64,000 nucleotides of DNA from Patescibacteria group bacterium. GTDB taxonomy: Bacteria > Patescibacteriota > Minisyncoccia > Phycocordibacterales > JBBTRF01. Below the pieces are notes generated by a model that did no database searches, was not told where the DNA came from, and was given only the letters and a program-made list of their open reading frames with translations. The stretch is taken from contig JBBTRF010000001.1 of NCBI GenBank assembly GCA_038065315.1, forward strand, positions 97,642 through 161,641, read 5' to 3'. Position numbers and translations under genes: made by a program. This document shows positions 1 to 10,453 of the stretch, one piece after another (the stretch's first letter is position 1; each line of letters starts with the position of its first letter).

Positions 1-1
1 G

Positions 2-199
2 AAGCTCGAAGAGGCGCGAATTTCTTTGCGTAAAGAGCGCGAGCCAGTGGTGAAGGATCTCGAGGGGCAGCAGAAGGCTGGCACGATGCAGGAGGATGAG
101 GCGAAGCGTATGTTAAAAGAGGTGCAGAAGCTTGTCGACGAAGCCAACAAGAAATTCGACGAGATCCGCGCGAAAAAGGAGGCAGAAATTCAGAGCTAA
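2..199 (+). CDS. frr: Ribosome recycling factor, C-terminal part (truncated by window edge)
   Basis: Frame 2 reads KLEEARISLRKERE...EVQKLVDEANKKFDEIRAKKEAEIQS*; typical RRF C-terminus, directly upstream of rseP. Confidence 0.9.
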   Translation, partial: KLEEARISLRKEREPVVKDLEGQQKAGTMQEDEAKRMLKEVQKLVDEANKKFDEIRAKKEAEIQS

Positions 200-1372
200 A
201 TGACGATCATTATTTTCATTCTCATCCTCGGAGCGCTGGTGTTTGTGCACGAGTTGGGGCATTTTCTCATGGCCAAGGCCTTTGGAATTCGTGTGGATGA
301 ATTTGCTCTTGGCTTTCCGCCGCGCTTGTTTAAATGGAAGCCGAAAAACTCCGAGACCACGTATTCGCTCAACTTGCTGCCGCTTGGAGGCTACGTGAAA
401 ATCTTTGGCGAGAATCCCGATGAGGCCTCGCTGAAAGGTCCGGAGAAAAAACGCAGCTTGGTGAGCAAGCCAAAGTACGCGCAGGTGCTGGTGCTTATTG
501 CAGGTATCGCTTCCAACATTGTATTTGCGTGGCTACTCATCTCTGGCGGGTTCATGATCGGCTTGCCGGTATCTGTGGGAGATCGGTATGCCGATGCAGT
601 ACGCGACCAGGAGGTGGTCGTTCGCGAGGTGGCACCTGGGTCGCCGGCCGCCGCGGCCGGCTTCTTACCCGAAGATGTCCTCGTGTACCTTGAGGTAAAT
701 CCGGAAGTCCCGGGCAATGTCGTCGGCATTGACGGTCACACACCAAAGGAGATTTTGCGCGGTAGCGGCGTGACACCGACGAGTGTGCGGCGTATGATCG
801 CCCAACATCCGGACGAGCCGATTTCTGTACTCGTGAAGCGTCTTGGACAAACTCAGACTTCCACAGGGAACGCGTTTCTCGAAGTGACGCCTCATACCTC
901 CGCTGATCAGGGGCGCGCCGCCATCGGCATCGTGATGGACGAAGTCGGAGTATTGAAATTGCCATGGCATCGTGCGCTGTGGGAGGGTTTGTTTTTCACC
1001 AAAGACATTGTTGTCGTGACTGCACAGCAGATCGTGCATTTCTTGGGACAGGTGTTCACCGGTCAAGCTGATATGGATCAGGTGAGTGGGCCGGTGGGGA
1101 TTGCCAGCCAAGTCGGCGAGGCGCGCACTCTGGGATTTGCGTACGTACTGTCCTTCACTGCATTTATCTCGATTAATCTCGCCTTGCTCAATCTCGTGCC
1201 GTTTCCGGCGCTTGATGGTGGTCGTATTTTGTTTGTCTGCATCGAGGCGATCATCCGCCGGCCAATCAAGCCGATCATTGCCAATTGGCTCAACGGCCTC
1301 GGCTTCGTCCTTCTGATCCTGTTGATGATTGTCATCGCGTACAACGATATTGTGAAATTGGTAGTGGGATAA
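200..1372 (+). CDS. rseP: Site-2 intramembrane zinc metalloprotease (M50) with PDZ
   Basis: HELGH motif, NLVPFPALDGGR motif, PDZ-like VAPGSPAAAAG. Confidence 0.95.
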   Translation: MTIIIFILILGALVFVHELGHFLMAKAFGIRVDEFALGFPPRLFKWKPKNSETTYSLNLLPLGGYVKIFGENPDEASLKGPEKKRSLVSKPKYAQVLVLIAGIASNIVFAWLLISGGFMIGLPVSVGDRYADAVRDQEVVVREVAPGSPAAAAGFLPEDVLVYLEVNPEVPGNVVGIDGHTPKEILRGSGVTPTSVRRMIAQHPDEPISVLVKRLGQTQTSTGNAFLEVTPHTSADQGRAAIGIVMDEVGVLKLPWHRALWEGLFFTKDIVVVTAQQIVHFLGQVFTGQADMDQVSGPVGIASQVGEARTLGFAYVLSFTAFISINLALLNLVPFPALDGGRILFVCIEAIIRRPIKPIIANWLNGLGFVLLILLMIVIAYNDIVKLVVG

Positions 1373-1433
1373 AAAAGAATCCCCCGGCCGCGTGAGCGTC
1401 CAGGGGAGTTGTGTTTTGCGTTGATGTCGCCGT

Positions 1434-2948
1434 TCAGGGCGCTGGCAGGGAGGTGTTGACCTTGGCCTGCCGTGTGTTGGTGCGAGTCACGCTGTTCGTG
1501 CTGATCGCGCCGCCGTTCGGATTGGTCCGAAAGACGGGGTCGATGTCGAGATGGTCCCAGCCCTGGTTGCCCTTGCGGACAGCCTTGAGGGCTTCGCCGA
1601 ACTCGAACACGAACTTGTTGTTGATCTCGGCATTGCCCGAGTCCTTACCTGCGAACCACACGCCGTTCTTGTTATGGAACCGCTCGGTCGTCGCTTGGAC
1701 GATCTGGCGGGCCGTCACCATGTTGTCGCTGGGTTTGATCCACCCGGTGACTTCATAGACGATCATCCCACCCTTTTCCCAAGGCCAGCGTTGGACTTGG
1801 AACAAGCTGCGACCGATAGCGAACGCGTTGGTCAGCGTGAAGGAGACCAGGTTGTTCGTCGGCGGCTGCACTGCGCTCACTGCTGGCGCCGGTTGGGGCG
1901 CCAAGGCGGGAGCGAGAGGCGGGGTCTGCGCCGTTGGTGCCGGCACCGCGGGCTGTGCAGGCTGCACTTGCGCCGCCGGCGGATTGGTGTCCGTCAAGGC
2001 GGGCAAGGAGACGTTCGTCGAGATCATGAACACCAAGAGCTTGTCGATCGCCTTGGATATGTCTGAGAGCCGATCGTCCATTTTGCCTTGACGGGTGTTG
2101 AGCTCGGTGACCTGCTTCATCGCGAGGAGTGCGACTTGTTCGGCTTGGCTGCCTTTGTCGGCGGCCGCCGCGGCAACCTTTTGGGTTGCCTTCGCGCTCT
2201 TTTGCGCCTGCTTCGCATCCTGGCGGGCCTTTTCAAGCTGGGCCAGGCGACGCTCCACTTTTGCCAGCTCCGACGAATCGTCTCGCTGGACAGAGTAGCC
2301 GGGGGGCACCGTGACGCCGGCAGCCACGTAGGGCTGGGGCGGTTGGGGCGCGACGGCGGTGGGTGCAGGAGGCGGAGGTAGCTGTGGCACGAAGTTCGGG
2401 TTGATAATCCGGCCGTCGTTCAGTGTCGGCTGCGTCATCGACGCGGCGTGCTCGCGTTGGAGCGCGATACGCAACGCCATGAGGCGCTGGTCGATTCGGT
2501 CGCTGATGTTCGTGGACAGCTTGTTCAGTCCAGCGACGTATGCGTCGCTGAGGTTACTGAGCTGTTCCAATGCCCTGTCGGCCTTGGCATCAGCGAGCTC
2601 CACACGGGTGCCCATGTTGAGCAGGGCGGCGGCGTTGGTGGCCAAGGGCTTCAACGTTTCTTGCTCCGCCCTGATCGCCGTGTTGTCGGCCTTGAGGCTA
2701 TTCACCTCGTGGCCGACGGCGGCGAAATCGCGGCGCGTTTCAGTGCGGTCCGTGATCTTGCTGATCAGGAGGAAGTTCAGCATCACCAGGATAGCGATGC
2801 CGATAACTTGGCCACCCATGATGAGTGGGGTGGAGATCACGCCGGCGGTCTTGGCCTTCTTGCCGATCTTGATGAAGACGACGAAGGCGGCAATGCTGCC
2901 GACGAAGAGGCCGAAGGCGGCCACACCGAGGAGGAATTCGAGGATCAT
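1434..2948 (-). CDS. Hypothetical membrane-anchored protein (2 N-terminal TM helices, coiled coils, Pro/Ala-rich linkers)
   Basis: 504-aa ORF with its own promoter upstream and a terminator-like hairpin at ~1378-1410. Confidence 0.75.
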   Translation of the reverse strand: MILEFLLGVAAFGLFVGSIAAFVVFIKIGKKAKTAGVISTPLIMGGQVIGIAILVMLNFLLISKITDRTETRRDFAAVGHEVNSLKADNTAIRAEQETLKPLATNAAALLNMGTRVELADAKADRALEQLSNLSDAYVAGLNKLSTNISDRIDQRLMALRIALQREHAASMTQPTLNDGRIINPNFVPQLPPPPAPTAVAPQPPQPYVAAGVTVPPGYSVQRDDSSELAKVERRLAQLEKARQDAKQAQKSAKATQKVAAAAADKGSQAEQVALLAMKQVTELNTRQGKMDDRLSDISKAIDKLLVFMISTNVSLPALTDTNPPAAQVQPAQPAVPAPTAQTPPLAPALAPQPAPAVSAVQPPTNNLVSFTLTNAFAIGRSLFQVQRWPWEKGGMIVYEVTGWIKPSDNMVTARQIVQATTERFHNKNGVWFAGKDSGNAEINNKFVFEFGEALKAVRKGNQGWDHLDIDPVFRTNPNGGAISTNSVTRTNTRQAKVNTSLPAP

Positions 2949-3053
2949 AACGGTTGTCTTTCTGCAGTGCGGTTTCTAGCCGCGGTTTTGTTGGTATTTG
3001 ACCGATGTCAACGGGTGCGGTACACGGTACCCCCTTACTGACGTTTGCCTAGC

Positions 3054-3082
3054 ATAGTAGCATATATATAATGTAAAGTCAA
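3054..3082 (-). promoter_or_regulatory. Sigma70-type promoter for the 504-aa orphan
   Basis: Minus strand TTGACT-17 nt-TACTAT with extended TG. Confidence 0.6.
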
Positions 3083-3120
3083 GCTCGCAGACACGGCGTA
3101 TTTCCTGTATTATTCAGGAC

Positions 3121-4389
3121 ATGAAGCAATCACAACTCTTCTCGAAAACGCGCAAAGAAGCCCCAAAAGACGAGGTTTCGCGTAATGCGCAGCTGTTGAT
3201 CCGTGCGGGGTACATCAATAAAGAGCTTGCCGGGGTATATTCGCTGCTCCCGCTCGGTGTTTTGACACTCGGCCGTATCAACCAGATTATCCGTGAAGAA
3301 ATGAACGCGATCGGTGGCCAGGAAGTGCTCCTTTCGACGCTGCAGGAAAAAGGATTGTGGCAAAAGACGAATCGTTGGGACGACAAAGTGGTGGATATTT
3401 GGTTCAAGACGAAATTGAAGAACGACACCGAGCTTGGTCTCGGTTTCACTCACGAAGAGCCGCTCACCATGTTGATGAAAAATTTTGTGCAGTCATTCCG
3501 TGACTTGCCAGTGTATCCATATCAAATACAGACCAAGTTTCGTAATGAAATCCGTGCAAAGAGCGGCATTATGCGCGGCCGTGAGTTTTTGATGAAGGAT
3601 CTATATTCATTCTCTCGAGATGAAAAAGAGCACACCGCTTTCTATGAAAAAACGAAGCAGGCATACACGAATGTGTTTCGACGTATGGGTCTCGGTGAGC
3701 GTACCTTCCTCACATTTGCTTCCGGCGGCTCCTTCGCAAAATATTCGCACGAGTTCCAGACTGTGACTGATGCGGGCGAGGATTTTATCTATGTCGATGA
3801 GAAGTCGGGCATTGCGGTGAACAAAGAAGTACTCACCGATGAGGTGCTCGCTGATCTTGGTCTGAAGCGCGAGGTGCTTGTCGAGAAAAAAGCAGTAGAG
3901 GTGGGGAATATTTTTAATCTCGGTACGCGTTTCTCTGAGCCACTCGAGCTCCGCTTTTTGAATGAGAAAGGCGAGAAGCAAAATGTGGTGATGGGAAGCT
4001 ATGGTATTGGCCCAACACGACTGATGGGCACCATCGTAGAAGTCCTCGCTGACGCCGACGGTATTGTGTGGCCAGACTCTGTGGCGCCGTTCCGCGTGCA
4101 TCTCATCGCGATCGCCGACAAGGCGGGAAGAGTGGCGGACGAAGCGACAAAGCTGTACAATGCGCTCACCGAAAAAGGGATTGACGTTTTGTATGACGAT
4201 CGCGACGCACGACCGGGAGAGAAATTTGCCGATTCAGACCTGCTGGGTTTGCCGCATCGAGTGGTCATCAGCGAGAAGACCTTGGCGGAAGGCGTCGTCG
4301 AATACAAACCGCGCCGAGCCAACGCCGCCGGTGAGCGTCCGGTAGAGAAGATCGCGCAAGCCGAACTCCTGAAACGTCTAGCAAAATAA
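3121..4389 (+). CDS. proS: Proline--tRNA ligase, short form without INS editing domain
   Basis: LGFTHEE, FRNEIRAKSGIMRGREFLMKDLYSF, MGSYGIGPTR, anticodon-binding C-terminus. Confidence 0.95.
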   Translation: MKQSQLFSKTRKEAPKDEVSRNAQLLIRAGYINKELAGVYSLLPLGVLTLGRINQIIREEMNAIGGQEVLLSTLQEKGLWQKTNRWDDKVVDIWFKTKLKNDTELGLGFTHEEPLTMLMKNFVQSFRDLPVYPYQIQTKFRNEIRAKSGIMRGREFLMKDLYSFSRDEKEHTAFYEKTKQAYTNVFRRMGLGERTFLTFASGGSFAKYSHEFQTVTDAGEDFIYVDEKSGIAVNKEVLTDEVLADLGLKREVLVEKKAVEVGNIFNLGTRFSEPLELRFLNEKGEKQNVVMGSYGIGPTRLMGTIVEVLADADGIVWPDSVAPFRVHLIAIADKAGRVADEATKLYNALTEKGIDVLYDDRDARPGEKFADSDLLGLPHRVVISEKTLAEGVVEYKPRRANAAGERPVEKIAQAELLKRLAK

Positions 4390-4438
4390 CGGAATTCCTG
4401 AAGCCAGACTCGACACACCGACCGAACCTAAAGAAAGA

Positions 4439-5500
4439 ATGAAAAAAATTGTTAAAAAACTGAATCATTTCCTCTCGCACGATATCGGCATCGATCTCGG
4501 TACTGCCAACACGCTCGTGTATATGAGCGGGCAGGGGATTATCATCAACGAGCCTTCGGTGGTCGCGGTGAATGAAAAGACCGGCCAGGTGGTGGCAGTA
4601 GGTACGCAGGCCAAACAAATGCTCGGTCGCACTCCCGCGCATATCAAGGCCGTGAAGCCGCTCGTAGATGGCGTGGTCTCGGATTTCGAAGTGACAGAGG
4701 AGATGATTTCGTATCTTATCAACAAAGCTCAACAGTCAAAGAAAAAGCTCCTCGGCCCGCGTGTGGTGGTGGGTGTGCCGTATGGCATCACCAACGTGGA
4801 AACGCGGGCCGTGCGCGACGCTACCAAGAACAGCGGCGCGCGCGAGGTGTATATCGTGGAGGAGCCAATGGCGGCGGCGATCGGTATTCGTCTGCCGGTG
4901 AATGACCCTGTCGGCAGCATGATCATCGACATCGGCGGCGGCACCACCGACATCGCCGTGATTTCGCTTGGGGGTATCGTGCGCGCGAAGACCCTGAAGA
5001 TTGCAGGCGACAAACTCAACAATGACATCATTAGCTACATCCGCGGCGAATTCAAAATTTTGATTGGCGAAAAGACGGCGGAGCAGATCAAGATCCAGAT
5101 CGGCTCGGTGATCCCAGGAGATGCACCGCTTGAGTCTTCGGTAAAAGGTCGAGACCTGGTGACCGGCTTGCCGCGCGAAGTGGTGATTACCGATGGTGAT
5201 GTGCGTGAAGCGATTTCACAGTCTATCGACAACCTCGTAGAGTCGGTGAAAGAGGTGCTCGAGACCACTCCGCCGGAAATAGTTTCCGATGTCATGCATC
5301 GGGGTGTGCATGTGGTAGGTGGCGGCGCGCTCCTTCGAGGCATCGGAGAACTCATCCATCAGCACATCAACATTCCGGTACACATCGCCGAAGATCCGCT
5401 TACGGCCGTGGCGCGCGGTACGGGTATTATCCTAGAGAACCTCGCACTCTACGAAGGAGTGTTGATCCAAAACGAAGATGAGCTTCCTCCGCAAAACTAG
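4439..5500 (+). CDS. mreB: Rod shape-determining actin-like ATPase
   Basis: IGIDLGTANT, EEPMAAAIG, DIGGGTTD. Confidence 0.97.
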   Translation: MKKIVKKLNHFLSHDIGIDLGTANTLVYMSGQGIIINEPSVVAVNEKTGQVVAVGTQAKQMLGRTPAHIKAVKPLVDGVVSDFEVTEEMISYLINKAQQSKKKLLGPRVVVGVPYGITNVETRAVRDATKNSGAREVYIVEEPMAAAIGIRLPVNDPVGSMIIDIGGGTTDIAVISLGGIVRAKTLKIAGDKLNNDIISYIRGEFKILIGEKTAEQIKIQIGSVIPGDAPLESSVKGRDLVTGLPREVVITDGDVREAISQSIDNLVESVKEVLETTPPEIVSDVMHRGVHVVGGGALLRGIGELIHQHINIPVHIAEDPLTAVARGTGIILENLALYEGVLIQNEDELPPQN

Positions 5501-6290
5501 TCTCGGTAGTGGCCGACATTTTCGACCTGGGCCGAAACGTCTGTTCGGTATTGTTGCTGCGTTCCTTTTTGTTGTTGCGTTGTCGGCGACCTTTTCCAAG
5601 ACACCCTTCAAGGACTTTCTCACTCTGCTCGCTCGGCCATTTTGGTATGTTCAAGAGTACGTGATGGGTACAGCAGATTCTGCCCTCACGAATATGCGCT
5701 CGAAGACTGATCTGCTAAACGAAAATGCTCAACTCAACCAAAAAGTGCAAGAGCAGGCTGAGGCAATCCTTTTGAATCGAACGCTCCAGGCAGAAAATGA
5801 TGAGTTAAAAACCGCTTTCGGACGAGATAATCAGCGCGATGTACTCCTCGTCGCCACATTGAGTGCTCCAGGTGTATCGGCGTACGATACAGTGATCATC
5901 GATGCCGGGGTTGATCTCGGAGTGAAGCGAAATGCATTAGTATATTTTTCCTCAACCACGGCCGCTGGCTACATTTCAGAGGTGTATCTATCGACAGCCT
6001 TGGTCCAGCTGTATTCGCATCCAAATGAAGAGGTCACGGTATATACCGGTGAAAAGCGTTTTTTCACCAAAGCGACAGGGCAGGGTGGCGGCAATTTCAT
6101 CGTGAAATTGCCGCACGAGAGCGGAGTGAAAGAGGGCGATCTGATCATGGTGCCCGGGACTCCAGCCCTTGTGCTTGGTCTGGTGGGTACCATTGAGACA
6201 GATGTTGCCAAATCGCTCCAGATCGCGCGCGTACGAAGTCCGTATAACGCCTCTCAAACCCATTTCCTCTATGTCCAAAGAGAAAAATAA
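5478..6290 (+). CDS. mreC: Rod shape-determining protein MreC
   Basis: TM, coiled coil (LQAENDELK), beta domain (IIDAGVDLGVK); follows mreB. Confidence 0.88.
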   Translation: MSFLRKTSLGSGRHFRPGPKRLFGIVAAFLFVVALSATFSKTPFKDFLTLLARPFWYVQEYVMGTADSALTNMRSKTDLLNENAQLNQKVQEQAEAILLNRTLQAENDELKTAFGRDNQRDVLLVATLSAPGVSAYDTVIIDAGVDLGVKRNALVYFSSTTAAGYISEVYLSTALVQLYSHPNEEVTVYTGEKRFFTKATGQGGGNFIVKLPHESGVKEGDLIMVPGTPALVLGLVGTIETDVAKSLQIARVRSPYNASQTHFLYVQREK

Positions 6291-6546
6291 CACACTCTGG
6301 CAACGCCTTGCTTTTGATGTCTGCCTTGTCGCAGCAATCTGCTGGTTTCCATGGTGGGCCTCGCTGATCCTTGCCACAGTGGCATTTTTTTCATTTTCCG
6401 AATTTGTAGAACTGATTCTTGTCGGCCTCATGATCGATACTCTTTATGCTTCACACCAGACGTTCTCCGTATCTTCATACACATACTTTTTATTCAGCAT
6501 CGGATTGTTTATCATACTTTCATTGGTGAAACGGCAGTTGCGATAA
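6271..6546 (+). CDS. Small multi-TM protein, probable minimal MreD
   Basis: Hydrophobic 91-aa ORF (GLMIDTLY) between mreC and PBP2; ATG 6271 overlaps the mreC end. Confidence 0.55.
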   Translation: MSKEKNNTLWQRLAFDVCLVAAICWFPWWASLILATVAFFSFSEFVELILVGLMIDTLYASHQTFSVSSYTYFLFSIGLFIILSLVKRQLR

Positions 6547-6553
6547 TGGTACA

Positions 6554-8284
6554 ATGGTTGGCATGTTCAGGTTGTTTACGAAGCAACGCCGCATGGCGCG
6601 GCGCATCTCTCAGGGCCGGGAAGTGTTTCCCGACGAGATTTTTCTTGACTCAAAAAATCTCTCAGAGCTTGATACACAGCAATTCGAAGGTCGCATTGAA
6701 CACCCGATTCCAGTCGGTACACTCATTTTTTTAGCAAGTATGTTCGTGCTTTTTGGGATTGGGTATACGGCACGGGCGTATCAGCTACAGGTGTCGCAAG
6801 GTGCTGCTTATTTGGCGAAAAGCGAGAATAACCGTCTCCGCAAGACCACTGTGTTTGCCGAGCGTGGCGCTATTACCGATCGAGACGGTGTCGCGCTCGC
6901 CTGGAATGCCTCGAATCCAAGCAACACCGATTTCGCCCTCCGCCAATACATCGATTCCCCGGCTTTCTCGCACGTACTTGGCTACGTGAAATACCCGTCG
7001 AAGGATGCGAGTGGCTACTATTATTCAAAACGGTATGATGCCAAGGATGGGGTTGAGGCCCATTACGATGACCTCCTTTCTGGCGAGAACGGCGTAAAAT
7101 TGAGCGAGACCGATGCGTTGGGAAAAGTGCAATCAGAAAACACGATCCAGCTGCCACGGGCCGGCCTACCGTTGGCACTATCGATCGATGCAGGTATTCA
7201 GCAACATATGTACGAAGCGGTAAGGTCTGTGGTGGAAACTGCCGACTACAAGGGAGGTGCTGCGGGTCTGCTCGACGTGAAGACCGGCGAGATTGTTGCG
7301 ATGACGAGCTATCCTTCTTATGGTAGCAACGTCCTCACTGAGGGCAAGGATGTGAAGCAGATCAACGCGCTTTTTGCAGACACAGACAACCCATTCCTTG
7401 ATCGCTTTACCGACGGTCTCTATGCGCCCGGCTCTACAGTAAAGCCATTTCTGGCCATCGCCGCTTTGCAGGAGAAGATCATCGATCCTAGTACCCAGAT
7501 CCTGAGTACCGGCTCAATCTCTCTGCAGAATATTTACGACTCTTCCCAGCAAACTGTCTTCAAAGACTGGCGCGCTAACGGCTGGACCGATATGCGTATG
7601 GCCATTGCTTTATCTTCCGATATTTATTTCTACGAAGTTGGCGGCGGCTACAAAGAACAGAAGGGGCTGGGTATCACCAAGATCGAGAAGTACCTGCGCC
7701 TGTTCGGCTTCGGCGATACCACTGGCGACGGCTTGCTATTGGGCAAGAAAGGTGTCGTGCCGAATCCGGAATGGAAACGTGAGAATTTCAATGAAGAAGA
7801 GTGGACGATCGGTAATACCTATCACACCTCTATTGGCCAGTACGGCACTCTCGTCACCCCGCTACAGATGCTGGTGGGCGTAGCGACCATCGCCAATGAT
7901 GGTGTGGTGCCCAACGTTACGTTGCTTAAGGATGGCACGGCCGGCAACAACACCTTCAAGCATCTCGATGTCCCTAAAGATGTCTTTCGCATTGTGAAAG
8001 AAGGGATGCGCATGACGGTGACTGTGGGCACGGCAACCTCGCTGAACTTCCCAGACGTGCAGGTGGCAGGGAAGACTGGTAGTGCGGAAATCGGTACTCA
8101 GAAAAAGTTCACCAATTCTTGGTTTACAGGCTTTTTTCCATACAAAGAGCCTCGTTATGCCGTGGTCTTTGTGATGGAGCGTGGTCCGCGCACCAACACG
8201 GTCGGCGCCACTTCGGCGGCCTACCACTTTCTCCAATGGCTAGGCGCAACAAGGCCGGAAATGACCTCTTTGACTTCGGAATGA
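6554..8284 (+). CDS. mrdA: Penicillin-binding protein 2 (class B transpeptidase)
   Basis: STVK, SSD and KTG motifs; mreBCD context. Confidence 0.9.
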   Translation: MVGMFRLFTKQRRMARRISQGREVFPDEIFLDSKNLSELDTQQFEGRIEHPIPVGTLIFLASMFVLFGIGYTARAYQLQVSQGAAYLAKSENNRLRKTTVFAERGAITDRDGVALAWNASNPSNTDFALRQYIDSPAFSHVLGYVKYPSKDASGYYYSKRYDAKDGVEAHYDDLLSGENGVKLSETDALGKVQSENTIQLPRAGLPLALSIDAGIQQHMYEAVRSVVETADYKGGAAGLLDVKTGEIVAMTSYPSYGSNVLTEGKDVKQINALFADTDNPFLDRFTDGLYAPGSTVKPFLAIAALQEKIIDPSTQILSTGSISLQNIYDSSQQTVFKDWRANGWTDMRMAIALSSDIYFYEVGGGYKEQKGLGITKIEKYLRLFGFGDTTGDGLLLGKKGVVPNPEWKRENFNEEEWTIGNTYHTSIGQYGTLVTPLQMLVGVATIANDGVVPNVTLLKDGTAGNNTFKHLDVPKDVFRIVKEGMRMTVTVGTATSLNFPDVQVAGKTGSAEIGTQKKFTNSWFTGFFPYKEPRYAVVFVMERGPRTNTVGATSAAYHFLQWLGATRPEMTSLTSE

Positions 8285-8325
8285 TAAAAGCGTAAGATTG
8301 TGTCACTTATTTATTTTTTCACCAC

Positions 8326-8793
8326 ATGACTGATCAAAAAGAGTATTTGTCGAAAGAGCGGTACGAAGAGCTCGTGAAGGAGCTCGACCACTTGAAGAAG
8401 GTGAAGCGCAAGGAAGTCGCGGAGGATTTGGAATATGCCAAAGCGCTCGGTGATCTCTCGGAAAATGCTGAATACCACGAAGCGCGCGACAACCAAGCGG
8501 CCGTAGAAGATCGTATCAACCGTCTCGAGGCGATCATTGGTCATGCAGAGATTGTCGAGCTTCACCACACCGAAGCGGTTGGTATTGGTTCGACCGTCAC
8601 CGTGCAGCAGGAAGGCACGAAGGGTGGGCACAAGTTTCAGGTGGTGGGTTCTGAGGAGGCCAACATCGGTCTCGGCAAGATCTCTCTCCACTCGCCGATT
8701 GGCGAAGCCATGGCTGGCAAGCGCAAGGGTGAAGCTTTTTCTTTCCTCTCTCCAAAGGGCAAGATGACGTACAAGATTGTTGATATCGCGTAA
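8326..8793 (+). CDS. greA: Transcription elongation factor GreA
   Basis: GDLSENAEYHEAR, ISLHSPIG. Confidence 0.97.
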   Translation: MTDQKEYLSKERYEELVKELDHLKKVKRKEVAEDLEYAKALGDLSENAEYHEARDNQAAVEDRINRLEAIIGHAEIVELHHTEAVGIGSTVTVQQEGTKGGHKFQVVGSEEANIGLGKISLHSPIGEAMAGKRKGEAFSFLSPKGKMTYKIVDIA

Positions 8794-8845
8794 GCTGTCC
8801 ACGCGCTGCCTATATCGACAGCGCGGCACATGATACAATTCGCCC

Positions 8846-10336
8846 ATGGCATCTCAAGAAGAAATCCGCGCTGTTCGTCTGCAGAAACTCGCACTCTTGC
8901 GTGAGAAAGGACTGAATCCGTACCCGATTTCAACCAAGCGTGATGCGACGCTTGCTGAAGCGGTTTCTCAATTTGATGAATTGGCAAAGAAGCCGGCGGT
9001 TTCTGTCGCTGGTCGCGTAATGTCTCTGCGTCCGCAGGGCGCGTTGGTGTTTATCACACTCAATGATGGCACGGGAAAGTTTCAGGGGCTGATCAAAAAG
9101 GCTGCCGAGGTTGCTGAAGCGGGTACTGTGAGTGCTGAGGTGTTTGATTTGTTTGGTCAGACTGTCGACATTGGCGACTTCATCGAGCTAGCCGGCGGTT
9201 TGTTTGTGACCAAGCGCGGAGAAAAAACTGTGGCCGTGGCTAGCTGGCGTATGCTCTCGAAGAGTTTAAGACCTTTGCCAGAAAAGTGGCATGGTTTGCA
9301 GGACATTGATGAGCGTTTTCGTCATCGCTATCTCGACACCTTGATGGACGAATCGGTCCGTGCCCGTTTTGTTGCTCGTGCCAAGATTGTTTCTGAGATC
9401 CGACGCTCGCTCGATGCCGCCGGCTATTTGGAAGTGGAGACTCCTGCGTTGCAGCCCCTCGCCGGCGGCACCAACGCTACTCCCTTCGTCACGCATCACA
9501 AGGCTTTGGACACTGACCTCTTTTTGCGTATTGCACCAGAGTTGTATTTGAAGAAGTTGCTCGTTGGTGGCTTTCCGAAAGTGTACGAGATTGGCCGAAA
9601 TTTTCGCAATGAAGGCATCGACACTACCCACAACCCAGAGTTCACCATGCTCGAATACTACGAGGCGTACAGCGATGCGTCCCAGCAGATGGTATTTGCT
9701 GAATCTTTGCTTCGAAATGTAGTGGAGAAGGCATGTGGTAGTTTGTCGGTGGTCTTTGATGAAGAAACTATCGATTTTGCGAAGCCATTCGCGCGCATGT
9801 CGTACGCCGATCTTCTTGGAAAATATGCAGGCATTGCACACCCAGAGACTCTCACTCTCGAGCAAGCTCGGGCCAAGGCTGCAGAATGCAAAGTGAAGGT
9901 AGATCCAAAGGACCCTCTCGAGAAAATCATCGACAATATTTATAAAAAAGCTTGCCGACCGAAGATCGTCCAGCCGACCTTTATCGTCGACTACCCAGTG
10001 GCCTTTCTGCCACTCGCGAAGCGTTCAGAGGAGAATCCGGCATTGGTGAATGCTTTTCAGCTCGTGGCGGGCGGTATGGAGCTTGTGAAGGCTTTTTCTG
10101 AGCTCAACGACCCGATCGACCAGAAGTCTCGTTTTATGGATCAGGAGAAGAACGCGAAGGCGGGGGATGATGAGGCGCAGCCGAATGACGAAGAATATCT
10201 CGAGGCTATGGAATACGGTATGCCTCCGGCCGGCGGTGTCGGTGTTGGTATTGATCGACTCACGATGCTTCTCACCGGGATGAAAAATATTAAGGAAGTT
10301 ATTTTGTTTCCGACCTTGAAGCCAAAAGGGGAGTAA
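8846..10336 (+). CDS. lysS: Lysine--tRNA ligase (class II)
   Basis: LRIAPELYLKKL, FRNEGIDTTHNPEFT, GMPPAGGVGVGIDRL. Confidence 0.98.
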   Translation: MASQEEIRAVRLQKLALLREKGLNPYPISTKRDATLAEAVSQFDELAKKPAVSVAGRVMSLRPQGALVFITLNDGTGKFQGLIKKAAEVAEAGTVSAEVFDLFGQTVDIGDFIELAGGLFVTKRGEKTVAVASWRMLSKSLRPLPEKWHGLQDIDERFRHRYLDTLMDESVRARFVARAKIVSEIRRSLDAAGYLEVETPALQPLAGGTNATPFVTHHKALDTDLFLRIAPELYLKKLLVGGFPKVYEIGRNFRNEGIDTTHNPEFTMLEYYEAYSDASQQMVFAESLLRNVVEKACGSLSVVFDEETIDFAKPFARMSYADLLGKYAGIAHPETLTLEQARAKAAECKVKVDPKDPLEKIIDNIYKKACRPKIVQPTFIVDYPVAFLPLAKRSEENPALVNAFQLVAGGMELVKAFSELNDPIDQKSRFMDQEKNAKAGDDEAQPNDEEYLEAMEYGMPPAGGVGVGIDRLTMLLTGMKNIKEVILFPTLKPKGE

Positions 10337-10453
10337 GGCGTCAGTCTATTTACATCCTTGTAAAAATACAGTATAGTATTTCTCGAACAGAGATTGCGGC
10401 ACGTTGCCAAGATCCAGACTGTTCTTTAAAAATCAGAACAAAAAGGAAACACC

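Noticed and set aside
1411-3041. Long + strand ORFs opposite the 504-aa gene, and similar shadow ORFs over dnaB, trpS, aspS and the ABC exporter
   Set aside because: Antisense shadows caused by GC-rich codon bias; no motifs or start signals
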